Assembly: GCA_944332315.1 (NCBI GenBank)
Contig: CALVJT010000021.1
Span: 73,568-137,567 of the forward strand
DNA: 64,000 nt
Direction of reading: 5' to 3'
From: an uncultured Clostridia bacterium
Lineage (GTDB): Bacteria; Bacillota; Clostridia; Christensenellales; UBA1242
The position numbers and the translations under genes are program-made. The notes beneath the pieces are model-generated. The model searched no databases, was not told where the DNA came from, and worked only from the letters and a program-made list of their open reading frames with translations. Below are positions 37,891-47,008 of the stretch, piece after piece (within the stretch, counting starts at the first letter, position 1; each line of letters starts with the position of its first letter).

Positions 37891-40125
37891 ATGAAAAAAA
37901 ACATATTGAAAACATTAATAAAATACGGGCTAGTTTTTTTTGCTATTTTAGTACTAATTTGTTTAGCAATATTTGCTTTTTACTATGTTAAAATAAACAG
38001 CGAATATAATAATCTTACTTTTGATAAAGATAAATTAGTTATGGCTACATCGTATGCCGAAATTTTAGATAGCGATGATAATGTTATGAGTAATGCCTCA
38101 ATTAATGGTCGCAAAACGATATCAATTGAGGAGCTTCCTAAATATACTGTAGATGCATTTGTTGCCATTGAGGATCAAGATTTTTATAAGCATCACGGCT
38201 TAAACTATAAGCGTATGATAAAGGCAATACTCGTAAACATCAAATCTGGTTACGCCAAAGAGGGAGCCTCTACAATTTCGCAACAATTGATTAAAAACAC
38301 GCACCTAAATAACGAAAAGACTATAGAAAGAAAACTTAAAGAAATATTTCTCACTCGCAAACTCGAAAAAAGTTTTACTAAAAATGAAATTATGGAAACT
38401 TACCTTAATGTAATATATTTTGGTAATAGTTGTTTTGGCATTGAAAGTGCTAGTGAATACTATTTTGATAAAAACGCTAGTGATTTGACGATTGCAGAGT
38501 CTGCTCTTTTGGCTGGGTTAATTAAATCGCCCAAACTATACTCCCCTATTCTTAACCCTAATGCCTCGCTGAACAGACGGAACCTTGTTATATCACAGAT
38601 GCTACAATGTGGATATATAACTAGCGTACAGGCTACACAAGCAAAAAATGAACAAATTAGCATAGTCAGCAATATTGCCAATAATAGCATAGATGCTTTG
38701 ACGCTTGAATTTGCAACTCAAAACCTTAATTTAAGCGAAAAAGATGTAGTTACATCCAACCTAAAAATTAAAACTTATATAGATACGAAACTTCAAAGTT
38801 ACATAGATAATTTGAGTTTAGATTTGCTTAAATATGATAACAATATGCCAGAATACGCTATAATTGTAGAAAATAACAACAATGGTGGCATTGTTGGAAT
38901 CAAAACTTCGCCCAATATCAACATAGCTAATATGTTGCGACAGCCGGCCTCCTGCATCAAACCATTTTTAGTGTATGCCCCTAATTTTGAGGACGGAAAG
39001 ATAAGTCTATTAACTAAAATAGATGATGAAAAAGTGAATATTAATGGTTTTGCGCCACACAATGCTGGCAATAAATACAAAGGCAATATTAATGTGCGTG
39101 AAGCAATAAGCACATCATCCAATGTATGTGCTACAAAATTGCTAAACTACTATGGCATTAGAAAAGCAAAAAATGTGGCAGAAAAGTTTGGATTTAGATT
39201 TAATGAAAAGGACAACCATTTGGCTCTTGCGCTAGGTAGTTTATATGATGGATGCAACTTATTGACGCTAACTAACGCGTATTCTGCATTATCTAATGGT
39301 GGTAGATTGAATGATATAAATATAATTTCATCGATAAAGAACTCTAATAACAATTTATCTTTGTTTAAGAAAGCGGAAAATAGCAAACAAGTGATTTCGG
39401 AGGAAACTGCCTTTCTTATAACACAAGCCTTGCAGACTTGTTCAAAAACAGGGACTGCTAAAAAATTAAATAAATACTCAAATTTTGTTGCTGCCAAAAC
39501 GGGTACTAACGGGGCTAATAATAGCGACAGAAATACAGATGCGTATTGCATAAGCTATTCCAAAGACTATACTGTTTGTGTTTGGATGGGTGTTAAGGAT
39601 GCTAATTCTACCCTACTACCTAAAACACACAATGGCGGGAATCAGCCTAGTGCAATTTCTAAACAAATATGGGATTACTTAAAACCCTCCAAGACTTTCG
39701 GTATACCCAGTGGCATAGAAAAATTAAGAATCGATAAGCACTGCTATGATGAAAGCGGAACTATAAAACTAGCTACACAAGATACACTTGATAGGTATGT
39801 TATTCAAGATTATTTTAATAAAAAATACGCGCCAAAACTATACGCTGAAACTTTTACGCAAATAAGTTTGCCTGACCTAAAGGTTATAGTAAACGAGAAT
39901 AATGCCATTATTGACATTTCGAATTTAGATGAGTTTGCTAGCTATAGTTTATATAGAAAATGCGGAGATAAAACAACTTTATTAAAGCAATTTAGTGAAA
40001 GTAAAAACAATGTAAATTATATAGATGAAAATCTTGCCCCTGACTTTTATGAGTATTTTGTTGTTGTAGAAAAAGAAAAGGCAGATTGCAAGCAAACTAA
40101 AGCAATTAAAGTGCTTGTAGAATAA
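37891..40125 (+). CDS. Class A penicillin-binding protein (glycosyltransferase + transpeptidase)
   Basis: TM anchor. GT51 motifs EDQDFYKHHG and GASTISQQL. Transpeptidase motifs SCIK, SSN and KTGT. The start is uncertain: ATG 37891 or the TTG at 37831. Confidence 0.85.
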   Translation: MKKNILKTLIKYGLVFFAILVLICLAIFAFYYVKINSEYNNLTFDKDKLVMATSYAEILDSDDNVMSNASINGRKTISIEELPKYTVDAFVAIEDQDFYKHHGLNYKRMIKAILVNIKSGYAKEGASTISQQLIKNTHLNNEKTIERKLKEIFLTRKLEKSFTKNEIMETYLNVIYFGNSCFGIESASEYYFDKNASDLTIAESALLAGLIKSPKLYSPILNPNASLNRRNLVISQMLQCGYITSVQATQAKNEQISIVSNIANNSIDALTLEFATQNLNLSEKDVVTSNLKIKTYIDTKLQSYIDNLSLDLLKYDNNMPEYAIIVENNNNGGIVGIKTSPNINIANMLRQPASCIKPFLVYAPNFEDGKISLLTKIDDEKVNINGFAPHNAGNKYKGNINVREAISTSSNVCATKLLNYYGIRKAKNVAEKFGFRFNEKDNHLALALGSLYDGCNLLTLTNAYSALSNGGRLNDINIISSIKNSNNNLSLFKKAENSKQVISEETAFLITQALQTCSKTGTAKKLNKYSNFVAAKTGTNGANNSDRNTDAYCISYSKDYTVCVWMGVKDANSTLLPKTHNGGNQPSAISKQIWDYLKPSKTFGIPSGIEKLRIDKHCYDESGTIKLATQDTLDRYVIQDYFNKKYAPKLYAETFTQISLPDLKVIVNENNAIIDISNLDEFASYSLYRKCGDKTTLLKQFSESKNNVNYIDENLAPDFYEYFVVVEKEKADCKQTKAIKVLVE

Positions 40126-40365
40126 ATAATCTTATATAACAAAAGTTAATTTTATAAACTTTACATCAATTTAGTATTAACGCAACTTGTGCATTAAACT
40201 TTTTATCTAATAGCATATTTTATTTGATGCTAAAAGTTTTAGTTTTTTGTTTACTCAATAATGCTTACGCCAAAATAAAGTTTTATAGCTAATGTTATGT
40301 TTTGTGTGTAAATGCATTTTATATGTGTTAATAAAAAACAATCACTATCCCAACTATGGGCATAA

Positions 40366-40407
40366 AACAAAAAAACTATTTACTAAAGGAAGCTTTAATA
40401 AATAGTT
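40366..40407 (-). terminator. Terminator after rpmA
   Basis: AACTATTTA (40374-40382) pairs with TAAATAGTT (40399-40407). A T-run follows on the minus strand. Confidence 0.55.
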
Positions 40408-40414
40408 ATTATGA

Positions 40415-40693
40415 TTAATTTGCATATACAGATACTTGAATCTTATCTTTTGTTTTATGCTCAAATTTAACTTTTCCATCTATAAGAGCAAAAATTGTGT
40501 GGTCTTTGCCTAAACCAACATTGTTGCCAACTGCAAACTTTGTTCCGCGTTGGCGAACAATTATATTACCGGCAAGAACTGATTGTCCATCAGCTTTTTT
40601 AAGACCAAGGCGCTTAGATTCACTATCTCTACCATTCTTTGAACTACTTCCACCTTTTTTAGATGCAAATAATTGTAAAATAATAAACATCAT
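40415..40693 (-). CDS. rpmA: 50S ribosomal protein L27 (with an N-terminal propeptide)
   Basis: MMFIILQLF|[21 protein letters not shown]. The Firmicute-type pro-sequence precedes the conserved ASKK. Confidence 0.95.
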   Translation of the reverse strand: MMFIILQLFASKKGGSSSKNGRDSESKRLGLKKADGQSVLAGNIIVRQRGTKFAVGNNVGLGKDHTIFALIDGKVKFEHKTKDKIQVSVYAN

Positions 40694-40998
40694 CTTATCT
40701 CCTTTATTTTAATATTTTGCGGATATCCACTTTCAATATCTTTTAAGCCATATAATATCGCTTTAATAATTATTTGTATTTCAGTTTGCTCGGGAATTTT
40801 TAATTCTATTTTGCCATCCTCTAAACATTGTGTGATATCTATACTATACATTTTGTTTACAGCAAGTATAGCTGTTTGTATTAAGGTTGAAATGCCCGCA
40901 CAAACTATGTCCTCGCCTAAAGGAGCATAATCGGTATGCCCAACTGCTTTTAATTGGACAATATTATCCCCTTTATAAAAAACTTGAATATCAGTCAT
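40690..40998 (-). CDS. prp: Ribosomal-processing cysteine protease Prp (YsxB/DUF464)
   Basis: Lies between rplU and rpm[19 protein letters not shown] contains the His/Cys dyad context. Confidence 0.85.
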   Translation of the reverse strand: MTDIQVFYKGDNIVQLKAVGHTDYAPLGEDIVCAGISTLIQTAILAVNKMYSIDITQCLEDGKIELKIPEQTEIQIIIKAILYGLKDIESGYPQNIKIKEIR

Positions 40999-41306
40999 TA
41001 CTTAGTTATTGATAATACTTTAATTCTTGTAAAAGGTTGGCGATGACCCATTTTGCGTCTTTCATTCTTTTTAGGCTTATAAGTAAATATTGTAAGCTTT
41101 TCGCCCTTGCCGTGAGCCATTACTTCAGCTTCGACAACTGCATTTTTTACAGTTGGGGTGCCAATAGCGGATTTTTTACCATCGTTAATCATCAAAACAT
41201 CAAAATTAACTTTATCGCCAACATTGGCATCCAATTTTTCGATATCATAGTAACGGTCTTGTTCTACTTTTAATTGTTTTCCACCTGTTTTAATAATTGC
41301 GTACAT
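40998..41306 (-). CDS. rplU: 50S ribosomal protein L21
   Basis: MYAIIKTGGKQLKVE... is a canonical L21 N-terminus. Confidence 0.95.
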   Translation of the reverse strand: MYAIIKTGGKQLKVEQDRYYDIEKLDANVGDKVNFDVLMINDGKKSAIGTPTVKNAVVEAEVMAHGKGEKLTIFTYKPKKNERRKMGHRQPFTRIKVLSITK

Positions 41307-41383
41307 TAGTTTCCCTCCTATTAAATTAAGACTCGCTGAATAAGGCGACTTGCGTACTTAAAAAGCCCACTCCAAGCGGTACT
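41307..41383 (-). promoter_or_regulatory. Structured rplU 5' leader (candidate L21 ribosomal-protein leader)
   Basis: A ~77-nt leader between the predicted -10 and the SD GGAGGG, relatively GC-rich, with several short complementary segments. Similarity to the Firmicute L21 leader was not verified. Confidence 0.3.
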
Positions 41384-41389
41384 GAGCAT

Positions 41390-41418
41390 ATTATATAATA
41401 TTATAAAGTAATTGTCAA
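41390..41418 (-). promoter_or_regulatory. rplU-prp-rpmA promoter
   Basis: On the minus strand: TTGACA (41413-41418), 17-nt spacer, TATAAT (41390-41395). Confidence 0.65.
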
Positions 41419-41424
41419 GCAATT

Positions 41425-42537
41425 TCACTTATTTTTATATGTATTTTGCGGGAATATTTGCTTGTATGTATGCTTTTGAACTTTAGTTTTCTTATATAAA
41501 ATTATCGCGCAAATCACAAACAAAATATCCATAAATCCTGTTAATGGATAAAATATATCAATAATAAAACTAAACCCTACTCTACTCAACAAAAATGCTA
41601 CAAGGCAAGTTAGCAAAGTAGATATGTGCCTATCGTTAATATATCCGTTTAGCCACCACGATATTGTAAACATAGTGGCAACGGCAGTTGTAAATATAGC
41701 AAGCCACAGTATTACTATCGAAAGCACTACAAACAAGTCCGATACACCAAAAGCCAAGTAGACAAAAGGCATATCGTACTGCACTGATATTGGGTTGAGT
41801 ATTATAGATAAACTTGCAAAAAATGTGATTATACTCAATACAATGCCAGTTATTATACTAGCTTTTTTATCTACATTATCAGTTGTATTTACGCCGGTTT
41901 TCATTAATATAAAACCCGTTAAAAACATATTGCTACAAACAAAAATAATGCAACAGCTTAAAGATTGTACAAGCGAAGTTTCTGTGACATTTGTAATAAC
42001 CTGTAAATTTTCTATAGGGGCTTTTATTATAGAAATAGAAAATATCGCTGTCATAAATAGCAATAAAAGAGGTAAAAGAATTCCGTTTAGTTTGGAAATC
42101 TTATCAATTCCACCCAGAACTGTTATCACGCACAGCAATGCCCCTATTAAAGAAACAAAAGGAAACTGTATATTGCTAGCGATAATCTTTTGCAGACTAT
42201 CAAAACCCGCAAACATAGCGCCTAGTACTATTATGTACGAAAACATTATAATAATTTCAAATATATGCGCAAATTTGCCAAACAATAAGGCAAAGAACTC
42301 GGAAAGCGAGTTTACCCTACAACGCTTTCCTAGCTGTAAAAATATGTAGCCCAAAATAAAAAACGCAACGCCGGCAAAAATTGTCATTAGTAGGCCCCAA
42401 ATGCCAAATCTTGCAAAATAAACATAAACTTCTCTGCCCGAGGCAAAGCCCGCCCCCACAATTGTCCCAAAGAATATTAGAAAGACTTTTAAGGTGCTTA
42501 TTTTTGATGTCTTTTTCAAACTTTTGCTTGTGCTCAT
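41425..42537 (-). CDS. YkvI-family membrane protein (transporter-like, ~11 TM)
   Basis: N-terminal FGTIVGAGFASGREV motif typical of the YkvI family. Hydrophobic throughout. Confidence 0.65.
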   Translation of the reverse strand: MSTSKSLKKTSKISTLKVFLIFFGTIVGAGFASGREVYVYFARFGIWGLLMTIFAGVAFFILGYIFLQLGKRCRVNSLSEFFALLFGKFAHIFEIIIMFSYIIVLGAMFAGFDSLQKIIASNIQFPFVSLIGALLCVITVLGGIDKISKLNGILLPLLLLFMTAIFSISIIKAPIENLQVITNVTETSLVQSLSCCIIFVCSNMFLTGFILMKTGVNTTDNVDKKASIITGIVLSIITFFASLSIILNPISVQYDMPFVYLAFGVSDLFVVLSIVILWLAIFTTAVATMFTISWWLNGYINDRHISTLLTCLVAFLLSRVGFSFIIDIFYPLTGFMDILFVICAIILYKKTKVQKHTYKQIFPQNTYKNK

Positions 42538-42548
42538 ATATAATTATA

Positions 42549-42577
42549 TTGCAAAAATTTAACTTTTATGATATTAT
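42549..42577 (+). promoter_or_regulatory. Putative tmcAL promoter; predicts a leaderless mRNA
   Basis: TTGCAA (42549-42554), 17-nt spacer, TGaTATTAT (-10 at 42572-42577), then 6 nt to ATG 42584. Confidence 0.5.
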
Positions 42578-42583
42578 GGAAAT

Positions 42584-43687
42584 ATGAAAGTTTGTGCAGT
42601 TATTTGTGAATTAAATCCACCACACAATGGGCATCAATTTCTTGTAGAAAACATCCGCAAAGTGACAAATTGCGATTTTGTAGTAGCAATTATGGGTGGC
42701 AATTTTGTGCAACGAGGAGAACCTGCCATTTATGAGTATAGGTTACGCGCAAAAATGGCTATAAATATTGGCTTTGATGCGGTTATATATATGCCACTTG
42801 TTTATACGCTAAATTCGGCTGATGATTTTGCTTATAATGGCGTATCGATTGCTCATTTACTTAAAGTTGATTATTTAGCTTTTGGAGCACATTTAGATTT
42901 AGATAAATTATATGAAATAGAAAATTTATCAAATCAATATGAATTTAGAGTATTATTAAAGGAGAATCTACAAAATGGTATATCCTACGCAAGCGCATTT
43001 GGCAAAGCAATAAAAGATATGTTGAATATAGAAATGTCATCAAATGATATTTTAGCACTTCAATATATTGCAAGCATAAAGCAACAGTCATTAGGTATCA
43101 GGCCAATCATAATTAAGCGCGAACTTGATGTTTCCGCTACACAACTACGACAAAAAATTTTAGCCAATGATATTGAATCTATAAAACCCTTTGTAAACAC
43201 AAAAAATTTTGAATTGATAAAAAAAACCTTGCCTTTTAATTATAATAAGTTCAACGAATTTTTATATGGCAACATAACAACAAAAAGCGTTGATGAGTTA
43301 AAAGCTATTAAGGGGATGAAAGAGGGACTTGAAAACAAAATATATGAAAGCAATGCTACAAGTTTTTTAGAGTTTAATAAATTAATAAAGACAAAAAGGT
43401 ACACGCAAACATTCCTTAATAGGCTATACCTAAATATTCTATTTAACATAAAACGCGATTGTGATTTGAAATTGCCCTACCTAAAATTAGTTGCTTTTAG
43501 TGATGACGCAATTATAAAAGAACTGAATACAAAATGTTCTTTACCGCTGCTAACAACCCTTAAAGATAAAAGGCTTTTAAGTGCAAAAAGTCTATATCTA
43601 TACGACACAATGGCAAGCAAAATTTATAATATAAGTACAAATTCAAAAGATTTTCTTTTCCCTTATCATAAACTAATAAAATACTAA
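42584..43687 (+). CDS. tmcAL: tRNA(Met) cytidine acetate ligase (YlbM/UPF0348 nucleotidyltransferase)
   Basis: N-terminal ICELNPPHNGHQFL (HxGH-type nucleotidyltransferase motif) and family-typical length. Confidence 0.7.
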   Translation: MKVCAVICELNPPHNGHQFLVENIRKVTNCDFVVAIMGGNFVQRGEPAIYEYRLRAKMAINIGFDAVIYMPLVYTLNSADDFAYNGVSIAHLLKVDYLAFGAHLDLDKLYEIENLSNQYEFRVLLKENLQNGISYASAFGKAIKDMLNIEMSSNDILALQYIASIKQQSLGIRPIIIKRELDVSATQLRQKILANDIESIKPFVNTKNFELIKKTLPFNYNKFNEFLYGNITTKSVDELKAIKGMKEGLENKIYESNATSFLEFNKLIKTKRYTQTFLNRLYLNILFNIKRDCDLKLPYLKLVAFSDDAIIKELNTKCSLPLLTTLKDKRLLSAKSLYLYDTMASKIYNISTNSKDFLFPYHKLIKY

Positions 43688-43729
43688 ATATGGTGTATTC
43701 TAATATTAGAATACACCATTTAATGTATT
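43683..43729. repeat. Compound palindrome locus D (overlaps the tmcAL stop codon)
   Basis: Perfect 28-bp palindrome TGGTGTATTCTAAT/ATTAGAATACACCA (43691-43718), i.e. GTGTATT-N10-AATACAC, flanked by degenerate half-sites. Confidence 0.85.
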
Positions 43730-43963
43730 ATGCTTTTAAGGTTCTTTCTAATTTTATAGTGGTGTAGTAAGCAATAATTCAAGCTTTTCTAAGCCCCCCA
43801 CGAATATATAAGATCCTTTTAATACTGTTTTGTGATGATATTATAAATGCTGTTTTTGTTATTGTGCTTGTGCACTAAGTGCAAGTATTTTTTGTTTGCA
43901 TTGGCTAAATTGATATTTGCCCCGCCCTATTAAATATCTATTAAATGCCTTGTTGTTTGTTTA

Positions 43964-44641
43964 TTATATGTTTTTTGCAATTACTTGCCCAGTATGAGGG
44001 TCTATGATAACGCCTATTGTACTACCATTTGTGCCCACTATCGATACATACCAATAATAGGTATCAAAGCTTGCATTTAAGTCTGTAATAATTTTTACAT
44101 ACACTTCCCCATTAAGTTTTCCTTTGCTAATGTAGTTTTTATACTGTTCGCTACATTCGGCTAAAGCTATTTCTAATGCACTGCGCCAAGTAATTTCTAA
44201 ATTTGTAGTTTTAGGTGCAATATCACAGCTAATTTCCTCTTGATCTGTTATAACTGTCAATTTAATAGTTGCATCATCAGCTACCACTTGTTGAATATCC
44301 ACCATTAGTGTGCCATCATAATTGTTGTATTCTAAATTGCCAGTATATTCTTTATCATTTACTGTTAATCGATATTGTGCTACCATTGGTCTATCAGCCG
44401 TCTTAAATTTGATTGTCAACATACCAAAATCTACCCTTTCTTGACAAATGCCATTTACTATGTAAGGGTTTTCTCTTTGTCCACTCATAAAAGTTGCCGT
44501 AAACCTATCGTTTTCGCCCGAAAATACATTATAACGAACTTCTGCTAAATTTGATAATGCTAAGTCTACCTTATCTGTTCCACAAGCCGTAAATACCAAA
44601 CATATAGCCACAAGTATTGTACCTATAAAAAGTTTTTTCAT
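43964..44641 (-). CDS. Hypothetical lipoprotein
   Basis: Signal peptide with a lipobox (LVFTAC). SD GGAGG. No family recognised. Confidence 0.6.
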   Translation of the reverse strand: MKKLFIGTILVAICLVFTACGTDKVDLALSNLAEVRYNVFSGENDRFTATFMSGQRENPYIVNGICQERVDFGMLTIKFKTADRPMVAQYRLTVNDKEYTGNLEYNNYDGTLMVDIQQVVADDATIKLTVITDQEEISCDIAPKTTNLEITWRSALEIALAECSEQYKNYISKGKLNGEVYVKIITDLNASFDTYYWYVSIVGTNGSTIGVIIDPHTGQVIAKNI

Positions 44642-44690
44642 ATATGCCTCCGATATTTATTTTTATGCTTGTACAATTTTCAATATGCAT

Positions 44691-44712
44691 AAAAAAATAG
44701 ACCAGTGGTCTA
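44691..44712 (-). terminator. Terminator after rpiB
   Basis: Palindrome TAGACCAgTGGTCTA (44698-44712). A T-run follows on the minus strand. Confidence 0.5.
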
Positions 44713-45150
44713 TTGTATATTCATATCCTTTAGCATATCTACCCTTCTTTGATGTCTATCTCCTAAAAATTGCGTACAAAGAAAAGTTTTTACCATTTTT
44801 TTATAAATAAGTTTAGTCAGTTTACTTCTACCAGCCAATATCAATACATTTGCATCGTTATGCTGTCGGGATAGTTTAGCTGTATTAGTGTCTTTGCAAA
44901 GTGCGCCACGAATAAAATTATATCTATTTATAGCAATACTCATACCTATGCCAGTACCACAAATCAGTATCCCTTTGGCATCTTTTTCATTTTTTATATA
45001 TTCTGCCATTTTTTTTGCATATAGTGGGTAATCAACTGATTTAGTATCTGTTGTGCCTAGGTCTACAAATTCTAAATTTTGTTTTGCTAAATATTTTTTT
45101 ATTTTTTCTTTTAATTCAAAACCAGCATGGTCTGAAGCTAAAACTATCAT
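44710..45150 (-). CDS. rpiB: Ribose-5-phosphate isomerase B (RpiB/LacAB family)
   Basis: MIVLASDHAGFELKE...ILICGTGIGMSIAINR is the canonical RpiB sequence. Confidence 0.9.
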   Translation of the reverse strand: MIVLASDHAGFELKEKIKKYLAKQNLEFVDLGTTDTKSVDYPLYAKKMAEYIKNEKDAKGILICGTGIGMSIAINRYNFIRGALCKDTNTAKLSRQHNDANVLILAGRSKLTKLIYKKMVKTFLCTQFLGDRHQRRVDMLKDMNIQ

Positions 45151-45153
45151 AAT

Positions 45154-46128
45154 TTACTCCTTGCTTTTATCATTAAATAAATTTTCTACGAAACATTCGT
45201 TATCTAATATTTTTTGTAATTGACTTTTTGTAATTTTTATTTCCTTAGATTTTTTGCTATTAAATTTATAATTGCCTTTATCATTTGGTTCATACTTTCT
45301 AACAAAATAATTTTGATACCCTACTATATCTCCAAAATATTCATATTCGCCTATGGCATCCTTTTTTATTATTTGATATAGCCCTTTATCTATGCATTTG
45401 TATGTAACAGTTTCCTCATAACATAGGTCATCAAATTTATTTCGAGTCAAACTTCTGCACACATAGCGTTCGTTATCAAAATCTTGAGAATATAGGTTAA
45501 TATCATCAAATATTTCCTCAATATTTATTTCTACCGTACAATTATCCTCGCGCAGGCCATCCATATTTGAAGTGCCTTTGTACTTCTTGTATTTAGTTTT
45601 TACTATTTTGTTATTTTTATCTACACCACAAGTTAAAACTCTAGACATCTCACCGTCTGCCATTTCTGCAATTAATTTTCCATCTTGATTAGTGAATTCA
45701 TAATTTTGAAAAGGTGCCGTTTCGCTCAAAATAAAATACGCAATTCTATCATACCTAATTTTTTGATTTTTGTATCTTAATTTAGATGGAACATAGTAAA
45801 ATTCGTTTTTCGTGTAAGTTTGTTTTAACTGTAAAATTGAGGTTAACCTTGATGTTGTTTTATTATTGGGATTTGTTATTATTAAATCTATTTTATTATT
45901 AAGACAATCGTATTCTATTTCGTAGTTTACATCATCAATAGTTTTGTTTAGTATTATACACTCATTCGAACCCACCCTATCCTGTTGTATGCTTAAAAAA
46001 GTGGCAATCAAATCTGTATTAAACCTTTCGATAAAGTTTATCAAACTATTTCGAACGTTGTTGTTCGATAAAAATGCTGGATATATAAATTTTAGTAGTT
46101 GTAAATTTGCATCCATAAACAACCTCAC
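45154..46128 (-). CDS. Hypothetical protein (324 aa, no recognisable domain)
   Basis: Long ORF that overlaps the maf stop by 4 nt and ends 3 nt before rpiB. Lys/Asn/Tyr-rich with no TM segment. Confidence 0.55.
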   Translation of the reverse strand: MRLFMDANLQLLKFIYPAFLSNNNVRNSLINFIERFNTDLIATFLSIQQDRVGSNECIILNKTIDDVNYEIEYDCLNNKIDLIITNPNNKTTSRLTSILQLKQTYTKNEFYYVPSKLRYKNQKIRYDRIAYFILSETAPFQNYEFTNQDGKLIAEMADGEMSRVLTCGVDKNNKIVKTKYKKYKGTSNMDGLREDNCTVEINIEEIFDDINLYSQDFDNERYVCRSLTRNKFDDLCYEETVTYKCIDKGLYQIIKKDAIGEYEYFGDIVGYQNYFVRKYEPNDKGNYKFNSKKSKEIKITKSQLQKILDNECFVENLFNDKSKE

Positions 46129-46706
46129 AAAGCGCTAATTTCAAACAATATTCTTTTTATTGGTAAACCTATTACATTATCTCTAGTGCCTTTAATGATA
46201 TGCACTTTTGGTTTTATTACCGAGTCTATAGTATATCCGCCTGCGTTATCAAATGCGTGATATTCATTTATCAAAATTTCTTTTTCATAGTCAGTTATAT
46301 TATCAAAATATAGTTTAGTAATTTCATTAAAGCAAATACATTTATCTAAAATGGTATCTACAATACACACACCTGTAATTAGTTGATGCGGATACTTGCA
46401 CAGCATAGATATCATTTTATCAAAATCTGCCCTATTTTTGGGCTTTTCTAGCACTTGCCCTTTAATATAGACTACGCTATCACAACCAATTACAATTCCA
46501 TTTACATCATTTTCAACGCTTTTAGCTTTACCATAGGCTAACTTTTTTGTGTATTTGCAAGCATTTATAAAATTATCTATTTTGTAGTTATGTTTTTCGT
46601 TTTCCTCATCAAACTTATTATCAATAAACTTCCAATCTAATTGATAAGCCTTAGCTAAATCTTTACGAGATTGAGATGATGTTGCTACATATATTGTTTT
46701 ACTCAT
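46125..46706 (-). CDS. maf: Maf-like nucleoside triphosphate pyrophosphatase
   Basis: ATSSQSRKDL (cf. SxSPRR), GCDSVV, LEKPKN, and AGGYTID...NVIGLP. Confidence 0.8.
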   Translation of the reverse strand: MSKTIYVATSSQSRKDLAKAYQLDWKFIDNKFDEENEKHNYKIDNFINACKYTKKLAYGKAKSVENDVNGIVIGCDSVVYIKGQVLEKPKNRADFDKMISMLCKYPHQLITGVCIVDTILDKCICFNEITKLYFDNITDYEKEILINEYHAFDNAGGYTIDSVIKPKVHIIKGTRDNVIGLPIKRILFEISAL

Positions 46707-46742
46707 AAATAAAGTATATCACATTTTTTTGTTTATGGCAAT

Positions 46743-46771
46743 AAAAAAACTCTTATGTACTTACATAAGAG
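46743..46771 (-). terminator. Terminator after rpmF
   Basis: CTCTTATGTA pairs with TACATAAGAG (46750-46771). A T-run follows on the minus strand. Confidence 0.65.
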
Positions 46772-46807
46772 AATCTTGATATAAAACCCTTAAGAGAGGG
46801 CAATTAA

Positions 46808-47008
46808 TTATTCTTGTTCTTTTTTATCTTTTTCAAAGTCAATAACTTGCTTACCATCGTAGTAGCCACAATTTTTACATACTTGATGTGATGGTTTTAA
46901 TTCGTGGCAATTTGAGCATTCTACAAGTGTAGGTGTTGCTATTTTCCAGTTGGAAGCAACTCTTTTATTGCGTCTTTGTTTCGAAACTTTCTGTTTAGGT
47001 ACTGCCAT
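46808..47008 (-). CDS. rpmF: 50S ribosomal protein L32
   Basis: MAVPKQKVSKQRRNKR... with a CxxC...CxxC zinc ribbon. Confidence 0.95.
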   Translation of the reverse strand: MAVPKQKVSKQRRNKRVASNWKIATPTLVECSNCHELKPSHQVCKNCGYYDGKQVIDFEKDKKEQE

